From the NCBI GenBank assembly GCA_964016885.1, contig OZ024741.1:89900001-89964000 (forward strand): a stretch of DNA of 64,000 nucleotides. The letters run 5' to 3'. This document shows positions 1 to 12,639 of the stretch, one piece after another. The position numbers and the translations under genes were made by a program. This DNA comes from Eledone cirrhosa. Taxonomy: Eukaryota. The first letter of the stretch is position 1. Each line of letters opens with the position of its first letter. The notes beneath the pieces were generated by a model, which was given only the letters and a program-made list of their open reading frames with translations, had not been told where the DNA came from and did not search any database.

Positions 1-252
1 CCAGTGACGGGTGACAAAAATATTATGACACATAGCAATAGACACACAGGATAGCGTAGAATAAATGGGTATAAATGCAGGGTATGCAGATAAAGATAAG
101 CAGACACATAAATTCCAGGGGGTAACTATATATAAAGTTACACACACTTGTGTACACACTCACTGCACAAATACATGCTGGAGCAAGACAAAGAAACAAA
201 AACAATAGCGAGTCAGAAATGCGCTATCTGTAAGATAGCATGTTCACCCTTT

Positions 253-372
<120 letters not shown>

Positions 373-706
373 GTGCGTATGTGTGTGTGTGCGTGTGCGT
401 GAGTGCGTGTTTCTGTATATATATATATGAAAACATACGTAAACACACATATATATATTTCAATATACGTTCATGTGAACATGTCGCCGCATGCTGTACG
501 TATTTTACGGAGTTCACCTTCGTTGCTGCTGTAAATAATAGTATAACTAAAAATATCTCTGGGTAATACAAGTATTAGAGCAGTCATTCAGTTAGAGGAA
601 TGGTTAACATCTTAGTAATTATAAAGGTGAATAAACACTAACTTCAAATGACTGCACGCACAAACGCACACACACGCGCGCACACAAGCATTGAGGATTG
701 CTCTCA

Positions 707-751
<45 letters not shown>

Positions 752-755
<4 letters not shown>

Positions 756-1277
756 GGAAAAAATGAAACGATATTTCATTTCCCACTCTTAGTACGGCTG
801 TTACTTAAATATAAGTATGTACACGTACATACATATATGTATACCGACGTACAGTAGTATGTATATATATATATACATACATGCACACATATATATATGC
901 ACGTATGGATTCACCGAACATTTATTATAATGCTCGGTGTGTTTGTAAACAAACATCCCGTATTAAGCCGTAGTGTCTAGCAACCACCGTTGCTCGTTTG
1001 TTCAACACTGACAAAGGAACGCTGTACTAGTTTCAAGCTTGTTAGCTATCGTCAGCAACGTATACCTTCCTGCCAGATTGTTGAACGTATATACTTACCT
1101 TATGCATATTAACGGCTAAATACGGCTTAATACGGGATGTTTGTTTACAAACACACCGAGCATTATAATAAATGTTCGGTGAATCCATACGTGCATATAT
1201 ATATGTGTGCATGTATGTATATATATATATACATACTACTGTACGTCGGTATACATATATGTATGTACGTGTACATA

Positions 1278-1285
<8 letters not shown>
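752..1285 (-). mobile_element. HHR family A non-autonomous element (Penelope pLTR/retrozyme-like), with an inverted partial copy at ~1120-1285
   Basis: Same sequence recurs at 2508-3737, 44438-45330 and 50558-51156. It is bounded by (TA)n, and 1120-1285 is the reverse complement of ~810-975. Confidence 0.75.
1020..1060 (-). ncRNA. Type I hammerhead ribozyme, family A
   Basis: Minus strand reads cgttg-CTGACGA-t-agct-aaca-agct-t-GAAA-CTAG-TA-cagcg: full core, stems I and II pair, palindromic stem III. Confidence 0.85.
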
Positions 1286-1322
<37 letters not shown>

Positions 1323-1347
1323 GCACACATTTATATGTGTATGTGTG

Positions 1348-1423
<76 letters not shown>

Positions 1424-1429
1424 TGGACC

Positions 1430-1590
1430 TCCCTCGGTTTTGATGATGAATGTAGCAGTTGGGTACAGCCTGTTCGTGAAATTTACGTGTAAGTGGCTGA
1501 GTATTCCAAGACACGTGTACCTATAAAGTAATTCTTAGGGAGATATAGCAGGCCAGTGTGTGCCAAGACAGGCCTTTTAAATTGCAGATA
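1430..1590 (-). mobile_element. CORE-type SINE, partial 3' portion
   Basis: Similar to 12640-12920, 27345-27615 and the reverse complement of 52133-52400. Confidence 0.6.
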
Positions 1591-1797
1591 TAGTCTATCC
1601 AACATGTTTCCAAAGAGTTTCCGTCTACTTAATTTCTCTCACAAAGCAGGGGTCAACCCTAGACTATGGTTAATAGCACGTTTCTAAGGTACCACACAGT
1701 AGGATCGAACCCAGGACCCAATTATTGGTAAGTGAACTTCTTTACCATTCGACCATGCTGCGTCCACACATACGTGCGGGCGTCCATCACACACATA

Positions 1798-1833
<36 letters not shown>

Positions 1834-1884
1834 AATATATATATATATTATTATACTTGTGGAGGGTCATATTGTTGTAATAAT

Positions 1885-2000
1885 TGTTTCTACGTTAGGC
1901 ACAAGGCCAGCAATAACCCAGTGCATTACTGGTACTTTATTTTATCGACCCCGTAAGGATGAAAGGCAAAGTTAACCTTGGCGGGATTTGAACTCAGAGT
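1885..2000 (-). mobile_element. tRNA-derived SINE (Meta-domain-like)
   Basis: Minus strand reads GAGTTCAAATCC (B box) then ctttgcctttcatccttacggggtcgataaaataaagtacc; many copies in the window. Confidence 0.8.
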
Positions 2001-2116
2001 TGTAGTAATATTGCCAAAACACACTCACTGTTTCGTTGGTTTTCGCTTCTGTATATTTTATATTTCCATAGTTAATTCATGTTTATCATTGTTTATCATT
2101 GATTGACCAACGGTCA

Positions 2117-2346
<230 letters not shown>

Positions 2347-2447
2347 AACAAAGTTCTTTCGTTGAACATCTGTAACATCATCAGTGGTACTATTATGTTT
2401 CCTCCTGTTGTAAATAGTACCACTGATGATGTTGCAGATGTACAACG

Positions 2448-2456
<9 letters not shown>
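2347..2456. ncRNA. Inverted pair of hammerhead motifs (family J)
   Basis: Plus 2419-2456: acca-CTGATGA-t-gttg...caac-GAAA-tata-TA running into (TA)n. Minus 2347-2388: acca-CTGATGA-t-gtt...aac-GAAA-gaac-TT-tgtt. Confidence 0.6.
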
Positions 2457-2513
<57 letters not shown>

Positions 2514-2620
2514 GAATAGAATGAAATGAAATTTCATTTCTCACTCTTAGTACGGCACTTACTTAAATGTAAGTATGTATGTATACGTACATACATATAT
2601 GTATACAGACGTACAGTAGC

Positions 2621-2679
<59 letters not shown>

Positions 2680-2830
2680 CAGGCACACATATATATATGT
2701 ACGTATCAGTTTAGCGGACATTTATTATAATGTCCGCTTTGTTCGTTTATAAACAAACGGACAGCCTGAATTTATGCCGTACGGTGTTAAGGCAACCACG
2801 TCACCTTTTTGTTCAACACTGTCACAGGAA

Positions 2831-2871
2831 CGATGTACTAGTTTCAAGCTTGTTAGCTATCGTCAGCACCG
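2831..2871 (-). ncRNA. Type I hammerhead ribozyme, family A (intact)
   Basis: cggtg-CTGACGA-t-agct-aaca-agct-t-GAAA-CTAG-TA-catcg. Confidence 0.88.
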
Positions 2872-3106
2872 TATACCCTTCTGCCAGATGGTTGAACGTT
2901 CGAAAGTATATACTTTCCTTATGAAAATTAACGGCTGAGCAACCTAATTTGCATATCGAGTGAGTTCAGTCGGCCAGGCGCACCGAAAACGATAAAATGG
3001 AATAGAATGAAATGAAATTTCATTTCTCACTCTTAGTACGGCACTTACTTAAATGTAAGTATGTATGTATACGTACATACATATATGTATACAGACGTAC
3101 AGTAGC

Positions 3107-3164
<58 letters not shown>

Positions 3165-3269
3165 GCACACATATATATATGTACGTATCAGTTTAGCGGA
3201 CATTTATTATAATGTCCGCTTTGTTCGTTTGTAAACACGTCACCTTTTTGTTCAACACTGACACAGGAA

Positions 3270-3310
3270 CGATGTACTAGTTTCAAGCTTATTAGCTATC
3301 GACAGCATCG
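3270..3310 (-). ncRNA. Hammerhead family A with mutated core (CTGTCGA)
   Basis: Same fold as 2831-2871 but with A6>U. Confidence 0.7.
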
Positions 3311-3691
3311 TATACCTTTCTGTCAGATGATTGAACGTTTGAAAGTATATACTTTCCTTATGCATATTAACGACTGAGCAGCCTAATTTGCATATAGAGT
3401 GAGTTAGTCGGCGGGGCGCACCGAAAACGATAAATGGAAAAGAATGAAACGAAATTTCATTTCTCACTCTTAGTACGGCTGATACCTAAATATAAGTATG
3501 TATACGTACATACATATATGTGTACATACGTACAGTAGTATGTATATATATATACATACATGCACACACATATATATATATACGTATGGGTTTATTATAA
3601 TGTTCGGTTTGTTTGTAAACAAACAGCCCGAATTATGCCGTACAGTGCTCGGCAACCATCGTCGCTCATTTGTTCAACACTGACATAGGAA

Positions 3692-3732
3692 CGATGTACT
3701 AGTTTCAAGCTTATTAGCTATCGTCAGCATCG
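3692..3732 (-). ncRNA. Type I hammerhead ribozyme, family A (intact)
   Basis: cgatg-CTGACGA-t-agct-aata-agct-t-GAAA-CTAG-TA-catcg, with a perfect stem I. Confidence 0.88.
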
Positions 3733-3765
3733 TATACATTATATATATATATATATATATATATA

Positions 3766-5620
3766 CAGGCGCCTCGTTTACCTTCAAAATGTGACGGGGA
3801 CAAACCAACATTTGTTGATTCTTAAAGGAGCATGTTAGTGTTGCTTATAGTGCCTTTCCCGGACCCTATCACATAAGTAAAAGTTTACGCTAATTAAATT
3901 TTATATATTCAAATGAAGTTCAGATATGAAAAAATAAGCTTATAAAGAATTTATTATATCAAATAAACAAAAAATAAAACATAGACGTTTGAATAAAAAA
4001 ATATAAAGTAAATTAATTTTCTTTTAGAACTTTCCAAATGTATCATATCTCGCATCATTTCTGTCAATAAATAATTTAGCAACTTCTTCACAACTAATAT
4101 TTTTCAAAACATCTCTATGTTAGGATATGATTCAACCTTTGCTGGGTCATGGTTCATCACAGCCAAGTTTTGAGTCTCCGCAGAGCGCAAAAAGATCTTT
4201 CTGCTTAAAAAAACACCGGTTCGAAACACTAAAAGTAGCCTGAGCATTCGCTCAACATTTGGAAACATGCGACGGACTTCTGGTTCCATTTCACCGAACA
4301 TTTTACGATGACCCACTATGATGATTTCTATAAAAAGTATTTCGTTCCTTAAAAGAAATTCATCAAGCTCTAGATACTGCATGATCACTTCAGCTCAAAA
4401 ATTTCCATTGCTCAATTTGTTGGTGCCAAACTCATTTGTTGCCTCTTGTAAAGAAATGAGGACATCTGAATAATTTTCAAGAAGGGCTTTGACTGTAACA
4501 AGTCGTGTTAACCATGGAGTAAGGCACACAGGTTTTAAGGAGCTTGGTGACGATATTTCATTTTCTTCATCATGTTGTGATAAATACGCGTGCTTAAATT
4601 TCCATGATGTACTATATAGTTTCCCCCAATTCATTAACTTAATCGAGATCATTTTTGATAAATGAAGCTTGTTGAACGGACTTAGCTATAATAAGTTGAG
4701 AAAAACGAGCGCCGCAGTGCACGTAATGGGCCAGAGGCTGATTCTTCTTTATTTCTGCTTGACAACCAAGATGTTTACCTGCTATATTGGCTGCACCATC
4801 ATATGTCTGACATTGAAGATTTTGAATTGCTAATTGAAGGCGTAGAAGTATATCAAAGAGATTTACCAGTGGTACTATCCATATTGTAGATTGCTAAAAC
4901 ATCTTTAATTTCAAAATAATCATTCACACGACAAACACAAATGACCTCCTGTTGCTTACCCTGAATATCTTGTGTACCATCAATAATTATTCCAAATTGC
5001 TTAGATGTTTTTTATGCCTTTCAAAACCACTTGGCTCATTGTTTTTGAAATATCATTTTGGATTTCAGCACTGGTGTAACTGTGTTTTCTGTTCAACCAA
5101 ACACTTAGCTCGTGTACATCTTCACATCGAATATTTAACAGCTCCATGAAGTTGCGCTCGTCACTATGCTTTCCTTGAATTGCAAACCCTTGCTCAGCTA
5201 AATAATTCAAAGAAGATATCACTTTAAGCAAAGCGTACCTTGCTTTATTTTCATTATCACAGTGGGCTTGGTTGACGTTTGACCATATACTTTCTTGTTT
5301 CTTTTTGAAAAGGATGTTAGATGTCGCAAGTTTATGAGTGGTTGACTTTTAATGAGAAACAAATTTTTCGTGAGCCTTTTTCCAGTTTTTGAAGCCTCTT
5401 AAAATGAAAGCATTATCAGAGCGTTTAGCCAAGTTTATTAGTTTGTTTTCATGTGAGTATGAACAAGTGTGACAAACAACTCCTTTCAATCTAGCATCAT
5501 AATGTAGCCAATTATAAGCCTGGAACCATTTTGACTGAAACTTCAGTATCTTGTTTGGCAGTTTTTGAAACAACATTAATTCTAAAAATGTCCTAAATGT
5601 AAATGAATCCCCCTAAAAAG
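3766..5620 (-). pseudogene. Degenerate hAT DNA transposon (ZMYM1/ZNF862-like transposase)
   Basis: TTF zinc finger (FQSKWFQAYNWLHY..VCHTC, 5349-5576), DUF4371-like region (YLAEQGFAIQG..NFMELL..YTSAEIQND), LKPVCLTPWLTR, and a C-terminal dimerisation region (FPNVERMLRLLL). Many stops and frameshifts. Confidence 0.9.
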
Positions 5621-5654
5621 TAATAACACACACACACACACACGCGCGCGCGCG

Positions 5655-5750
<96 letters not shown>

Positions 5751-6015
5751 CACACACATATATATACATATATATGTATATATATATATAAGGAAAAAAG
5801 ATGAAATCGAAAATGCAACTGGAGTCTTTTTAAGAATATTTATTTGTTTCCTTTGCCGGTTTCACAGTTCTTATGCTTTTCAAAAGTAGAATTGAAATGG
5901 AGGGTTTGTGGTTTTTCTCGCAGATGCGAGATATAAAAATTAAATAATAGCATTCTATATGCAGGTGGGCCCCCTTAATCTGGCAACCAATATTTTTAGA
6001 CCTAGTCCGCCACTG

Positions 6016-6066
<51 letters not shown>

Positions 6067-6217
6067 ATACTTTGGGAGGGTCATGTTGCCAATAAGAAAC
6101 ACACGCACCAGTTGCTTTCACTTCAATTTAATTTAATATATATTTATAAATTTACAAATTTATAAATTTCTGGTTGGTTGGTTGGTTCCACAACCAGATA
6201 GTTGTTTATATATATAT

Positions 6218-6262
6218 AGTCATAGTTCTTTCGTCACACACTCTGTGACCTCTTCAGTGACT
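6218..6262 (-). ncRNA. Type I hammerhead ribozyme, family B (mirror copy)
   Basis: Reverse complement of 6381-6425. Confidence 0.85.
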
Positions 6263-6380
6263 GGGGATTTCTTTCTTCGTTTCTGTGCCTTTCCTTTCTT
6301 CTATCCTACGCCATTTTGTTGAAACAAAATGGCGTAGGATAGAAGAAAGGAAAGGCACAGAAACGAAGAAAGAAATCCCC

Positions 6381-6425
6381 AGTCACTGAAGAGGTCACAG
6401 AGTGTGTGACGAAAGAACTATGACT
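6381..6425 (+). ncRNA. Type I hammerhead ribozyme, family B
   Basis: agtca-CTGAAGA-g-gtcaca-gagtg-tgtgac-GAAA-GAAC-TA-tgact. Confidence 0.88.
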
Positions 6426-6638
6426 ATATATATATAAACAACTATCTGGTTGTGGAACCAACCAACCAACCAGAAATTTATAAATTTGTAAATTTATAAA
6501 TATATATTAAATTAAATTGAAGTGAAAGCAACTGGTGCGTGTGTTTCTTATTGGCAACATGACCCTCCCAAAGTATAACAATATCGGTTTCAACACACGA
6601 TTTCAGATAAAGAATCTTGCTAAACAAATTCAGAAACG

Positions 6639-6677
<39 letters not shown>

Positions 6678-6809
6678 TAAAAAGGAAGAGAAAATGCTGA
6701 CAGATTTTTTCCAGTGAAAAATAGTTTAATTAGGAATAAGTATAAATTAGTAATAATTAATGGTTAGTATTCATTTTTAGTTTTAAGTTTTTTATACCGG
6801 TTGCTCATT

Positions 6810-7949
6810 TCAAATACTTTTCAAAAATAATTTTGAGATAGAGCGTTCGTGATTTGGTTGATTGTTGAATGTCACGTGAATAAGCACTATAATTTTGATT
6901 GGTCGGTAGAAGTCACGTGAATGTTCAATAATAAAAGAGGTGAAATGATGTATAGTATTGTCATAACACCAAGGTGTGTGTGAGTGTGTCCAGATTGTAC
7001 GTACTGCAAGGGAATCCATTAGGCCCTGCCGTATGGGATACTTGTGGATAGAAATGTATGTAGGATGTATGTTGATGTAGGTATGTATGTGGACGTGTGT
7101 ATGTTGTGGGTTCGTCTTAGGAGAAGTGTTTAGACGGGGTCCGTATTTGTTAATAAAGTGAGATACCTTGCTGATGCGCTGGGTGTGGGTGGCATTATCT
7201 TTAAATTTGTAGAGAGGAAAGATTCTAAAGCTGGGATGATTTTGGGCGGCACAGGTATCAATGTGTTCACTCAGCGGTATTTTTCTGTATTCCCGTATTT
7301 TAATTTGGGATCTATGGACAGTCTTGCGTTGGTGGAGGCTGTTCTTAGTCTGGCCTATGTATTGTTCTCGACAACCTGAGCAAGTTAATATATATATTAG
7401 GTTTTCTGATGCGTATGTGAAATTGTGTTTACCTATAAAACGTTGTCCCTGTTTGAAATAGAATTCCGAACCCTCTATTAGGTTGATGCATATGCCACAG
7501 TTGGGTCTATCGCATTCTTTTACTGTGGGTTTCGTTGTTTTCGTTGGTAGTACCTTGGCATGTGTTACGATGTTTTTCATAGACTTAGATTGTCTTTTGC
7601 TCTTTATGATATCGTGTGTTCGAAGGATTTGGTTCATTCTATGGTCCTTCTGTAACACAGAGATGTTCTGGAGGATGGTGTCAAAGGTCTCATTGTTGAG
7701 AGGGTTATGTGTGGAGATGTATGGAAGAGCTTTTAGTTTCGGTTGATTTACTTTAGGGTGTCTAAGGTCCTGGGTACTGATTTTCAGGACACGTTGGATT
7801 CCATTGTCAATTAGTGATGCAGGGTAGTCCCTGCCTATGAGTGTGTCCTTTAGTTCTTGTAGCCGTAAGTAACAGGTGTTTTTATTGGAGACTATAGTAC
7901 AGATTCTCTTGGCTAAGTTGTAGGGAATATTAATTTTAACGTGTGGCAA
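6810..7949 (-). pseudogene. Penelope thumb/linker + GIY-YIG endonuclease (tentatively Neptune-like)
   Basis: IPYNLAKRICTIVS, CDRPNCGIC linker, LIYILTCSGCREQYIGQT. The frame reads on into the pLTR and is frameshifted relative to the RT. Confidence 0.9.
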
Positions 7950-8318
7950 GAATTGAAAGGAAGATATTGCTTGGAGTCTGTGGGCTTGTAGTATATGTCT
8001 GTTTCTATTTTATTGTTATGAATCTTAATGAGGATGTCGAGGAAGGGGGGTTGTTGGTGGCTGTATTCCATTGTAAAATTAATATTCGTGTTGAGCCCAT
8101 TTATAAGGGTGTGAAAATCTTTAAGTTTTTCGATGTTTTCGTGCCAAAGGATGAAGCAGTCATCTAGATATCGCTTCCAGTTCTTTTCCATGTGTAAGTG
8201 GAGAGTGTTTCCAAATGGGTTTAGTAATTTAGTGTAGAGGGTGATTTCCAGGTATCCCATGACAAGGTTGGCATAAGTGGGGGCCGTTTTCGTTCCCATA
8301 GCGGTCCCATATTTCTGC
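7913..8318 (-). pseudogene. Penelope reverse transcriptase fragment
   Basis: GTAMGTKTAPTYANLVMG, WKRYLDDCF, PFLDI, TDIYYKPTD. Confidence 0.93.
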
Positions 8319-8678
8319 CTTGTAGTACGTACAATCTGGACACACTCACATACACCTTGGTGTTATGACAATACTATACATCATTTTACCTCTTTTATTA
8401 TTGAACATTCACGTGATTTCTACCGACCAATCAAAATTATAGTGCTTATTCACGTGACATTCAACAACCAACCAAATCACGAACGCTCTATCTCAAAATT
8501 ATTTTTGAAAAGCATTTGAAATGCTCAACCGGTAAAAAACTTAAAACTAAAACTGAATACTAACCACTACTTATTACTAATTTATACTTATTCCTAATTA
8601 AACTATTTTTCACTGGAAAAAATCTGTCACCATTTTCTTTTCCCTTTTACTAATATATAACAACTCGTGTGTCACACC

Positions 8679-8967
<289 letters not shown>

Positions 8968-9053
8968 ATATATATGTATGTAAAAGGTAAACATAAATAA
9001 CAACACAATCGAAGGTATATATTAGGTTAACGCTTGATATAGCAGGAAGAGGG

Positions 9054-9089
9054 TCTTAACGTTTCGGACGCTAATCCTTCATCAGAAGA
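9054..9089 (-). ncRNA. Minimal hammerhead ribozyme, family C (element ~8980-9160)
   Basis: tctt-CTGATGA-a-ggat-tagc-gtcc-GAAA-CG-TT-aaga, with an ACGU palindrome in place of stem III. Confidence 0.8.
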
Positions 9090-9155
9090 AAGAATGAGAA
9101 ATAAAATAGATTGAGGGGAGACGGGCGGGTTGGAATTGGAAAAAAATGTCCTTAG

Positions 9156-9188
<33 letters not shown>

Positions 9189-9265
9189 ACGAAGGAAATG
9201 TGGTAAGGAACCAGATGGACCATAACGCACCAAAGTACTCAATACTTAGGGTAGTAGAGTGGGTA

Positions 9266-9385
9266 ATAGGAACGAGTAGGACCCCGACGGCTGAGCTCAA
9301 GCCGTTTCGACGGCTAATTCTGGACGTCCAGAATTAGCCGTCGAAACGGCTTGAGCTCAGCCGTCGGGGTCCTACTCGTTCCTAT
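9266..9385. repeat. Perfect 120-bp palindrome ending a short repeat (family F, ~9190-9385)
   Basis: 60-bp arms centred on tggac|gtcca; relatives at 44255-44385 and 57850-57995. Confidence 0.92.
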
Positions 9386-9449
9386 ATATATATATATATA
9401 TAAATAATATATATAGAGAGAGAGAGAGCGCGGGGTGGGGGGTGGGGGT

Positions 9450-9516
<67 letters not shown>

Positions 9517-9689
9517 GAGTGAGAGAGTTAAGTTGTTACAAGTTAAGACCCGTAAGACCATAAGTCAACTTAGTACTCTATGATTAAGAAAAGCAGAGTG
9601 AAGATATCACTTTAAGGATTCTCTACCCTACGGTTTATCTTCTACCGTTTCGATAGCATCGATTTTTGATGTGTGCAATAGTGTCACTT

Positions 9690-10860
9690 CAAAAGAACAA
9701 TAAGGTAGAATTCAATAGTACTAAATTGCCAACAGGAGATGAACCAGATGCAGATACAAAAAATATTTGGGTGTAATAAAATTTGATAGCCATGTTGAGC
9801 AAGGAAAGGGGAAAAAACAACAACAAAAACAAACGAAATATATCTAAAAAGCGTTAGTTTGTCGATGAAACATAATTTGAATGCGAGGAATTTATTCTTG
9901 TTGGTAAATGCATGGGCAGTATCAGCTATCAAGTATAATACAGCTTTGATAGAGTGGACAAAAGAAGAAAACAAGGGTTGCATAGACAGACAAGGAAACT
10001 ATTGGAGAATGGTGGTGCTCTACACCCTATGTCGGACACTTTAAGGTTGTACATTGGAAGAAAGAACGGAGAAATAGGCCTTATTGTGGTTGAGGAATGG
10101 TGCTGATCAGAGTTAAGAAGCTTACACTGCTACTTGGCAAATACTGATGAGATATTATTGGAAGCCGTAGCACGAGAAGCTCTATCAAAAGAAAATAGTG
10201 AAAACAATGAACATTACAAAAATGAAAAACAAGAGTTTGAAAGAGACAGAGAAAACAAACAATCGCGTGAGTCATTGAATTATTTAAGAAAATGAAACTT
10301 AAAAAGGGAAACAGATTAGCAGCCTAAGAGCAGGCTCTTGGGCTGCTCTAGATATCAATGCAGTAAAGAGACGAATTTACAAAATGGATGTGTAAAAAAA
10401 AATGTAGATTGTGTGTGATACAGGAAAAAAATGTGTTGTATGTTGTCAGTGGTTAAAAAACATTAGCACAAAAAGAATACAAAAGGAGGCATGGCAAGGT
10501 TTGTGATAATAATCAGTATTTTATATTGTGCAAGAAGTATGGCATTGATGTTGAAAAATGGTTCCAGCACAAATCTGTGGAAGAAAACAAAAGTGTTAAG
10601 ATATTGTAAGATATGAGCATTCAAACGGATAGAGAGATCAAACACAAATGACCTGACATTGTAGTGATTGAGTAAACAGTACAAATCGGACTCATAATTG
10701 ATGTAGTTCGTCCAGTTGATACCAATCTGGCAGAAAAGAGAAATGAGAAGTTAGGAAGTTAGGAAGTTAGATTGGAACTAGCAAGGATATAGAGATTATC
10801 ATAGATGCTTTGGGATCAACCCCACCAGATTTCCACGACCACTTGAAAAAACTCAACTAT
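9690..10860 (+). pseudogene. Degenerate RLE-type LINE (R4/Dong-like), C-terminal half
   Basis: LNARNLFLLVNAWAVSAIKY..IEWTKEE, RLYIGRKNG, a CCHC-like CRLC..LAQKEYKRRHGKV, and PDIVVI..IIDV endonuclease motifs across frameshifts. Confidence 0.8.
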
Positions 10861-11049
10861 TCTTCGAAAAGTTTTTTCAATTAAATGAGTGAAGAGCCAG
10901 CCGTTTCTCCATTTCTTAAGTTTATCTTAAGCCTAATGTGGAGTCCTAAATAAACAGCAGTAACACCCAAAGCTATGAAAACGAGATAATAATTATAATT
11001 ATGTTGTCTCTCTATGAATGCCTGAGTATTTGTGATAAATGGTGTTAAA

Positions 11050-11950
11050 TCGAATCAATGTGGGAGTCAGACTCCGACAAGGGTGCGTACTGTCATCCCT
11101 CCAGCTCATCATTTTCATGAACAGTATTGACATGCGCAGCCGGGTTGGAAGTGCTATTACGACTGACAGGTGTAAAATCAGTCGGCTGGATTTGCAGACG
11201 ACATAGTGTTATTCAACTCGACAGATGGTGATCTCCGACTTGCATATGATAGGTTTCATGCCGAGTGCTGCATGGCTGGAATGAAAATCAGTACTGCAAA
11301 AACTGAGACACTTATCTCTCAAGGGAGCCCGCGCAGTGCACTCTACATGTAAAAGGAGTTCCACTGAAGCAAGTGGAGAAGTTTAAATATCTCGGGGCCG
11401 TGTTCACGAGCGATAGAATTCAGGAGGCTGAATTAAGTGCAAGAATTGTAGGAGCTGGTGCAGTAATGCGAGGCTTCAACATTCAGTAATCAGAAGGGAG
11501 GTAGGCGTAAAGGCCAAACTCGCTATCTTCAATTCAGTATCCGTACCAACCCTTACCTGTAGTCATGAATCTTGGGTAATGATCGAAAGAATACGATAGC
11601 GAATATAAGCGGCCGAAATGGGATTCCTCCGATGGGTCCTTGGAGGAACGTTACTCGATAGAGTGCGTAGGTCGGAGATCAGAGAGTCACTCCAGGTAGA
11701 GCCACTACTTCTCCAAATTGAGAGATCACAGCTCCGATATTATGGGCAAGTGGTTAGAATGTCTCAGGAAAGAATCGCGGGGCAGATTTTACGGGAAAAA
11801 CCAATAGGCAGCAGACCCAGGGGTAGACCTCGAGGAAGATGGCTGGATAACATTCATGAGCTTGGCTGGTCACGCTTGGGGATCCAACTAAATCAGTTGG
11901 AGATGGTTGTTTTTGAGAGGACCCGCCGGAAGGAGTGTTTGAGGACTTGT
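11050..11950 (+). pseudogene. RTE-clade LINE RT 3' fragment
   Basis: RQGCVLS, FADDIVL, GMKISTAKTE, VEKFKYLG, EMGFLR..RPRGRPRGRWLD. Confidence 0.9.
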
Positions 11951-12172
11951 GGGCGAAGATACACACACGGGAGGCAGACAACCACACACACACACACATA
12001 TGTATATATATAAACTGTAGTGTTCCATTGCACACCTAATATGGTGTGTTTTAAGGAGACTGCAGATGTAGTCGCCAATAACCCGGTCATTAACAGGTTG
12101 TACCGGTTTCCATGTTTATCATTAGTTCCACCTATACACACATGAATGTACACACACACACACACACACACG

Positions 12173-12325
<153 letters not shown>

Positions 12326-12430
12326 ATATATGTATATATATATATGTGTGTGGATACATTACATACATACTCTCAGAAACGAACTCATTTATCCATATCT
12401 ACATCTCTTTCTGTCGCTCTCTCACTTTTT

Positions 12431-12488
<58 letters not shown>

Positions 12489-12493
12489 TCTCT

Positions 12494-12575
<82 letters not shown>

Positions 12576-12639
12576 GTGCATTAGTAGGTGCGTTAGATAT
12601 AATAATCTTCACCCATGATCTGTGTGTAGAACCTACGTC

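Larger units (their letters stand above)
2508..3737 (-). mobile_element. Tandem array of ~2.7 units of HHR family A (retrozyme-like)
   Basis: Unit starts at 2508, 2994 and ~3432 (periods 486 and ~438 bp), with one hammerhead per unit. Confidence 0.85.
6059..6640. repeat. Fold-back of HHR family B element: 260-bp arms (6061-6320 / 6323-6582), 2-nt loop
   Basis: Reverse-complement identity read across the centre ccattttgtt-ga-aacaaaatgg; flanked by (TA)n. Confidence 0.95.
6672..8657 (-). mobile_element. 5'-truncated Penelope-like element with inverted pLTR (6672-7010 vs 8318-8657)
   Basis: RT and GIY-YIG ORFs. The 3' end is repeated in inverted orientation at the truncation point, and both ends abut TA runs. 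Confidence 0.93.

Noticed and set aside
2508-3737. CRISPR-like array
   Set aside because: Units are long with no repeat-spacer structure, and the context is eukaryotic.
3766-6014. TIR pair for the hAT element (caggcgcc.. vs cagtggcgg..)
   Set aside because: The ends match only in CAG and no TSD can be read within (TA)n; boundaries left uncertain.
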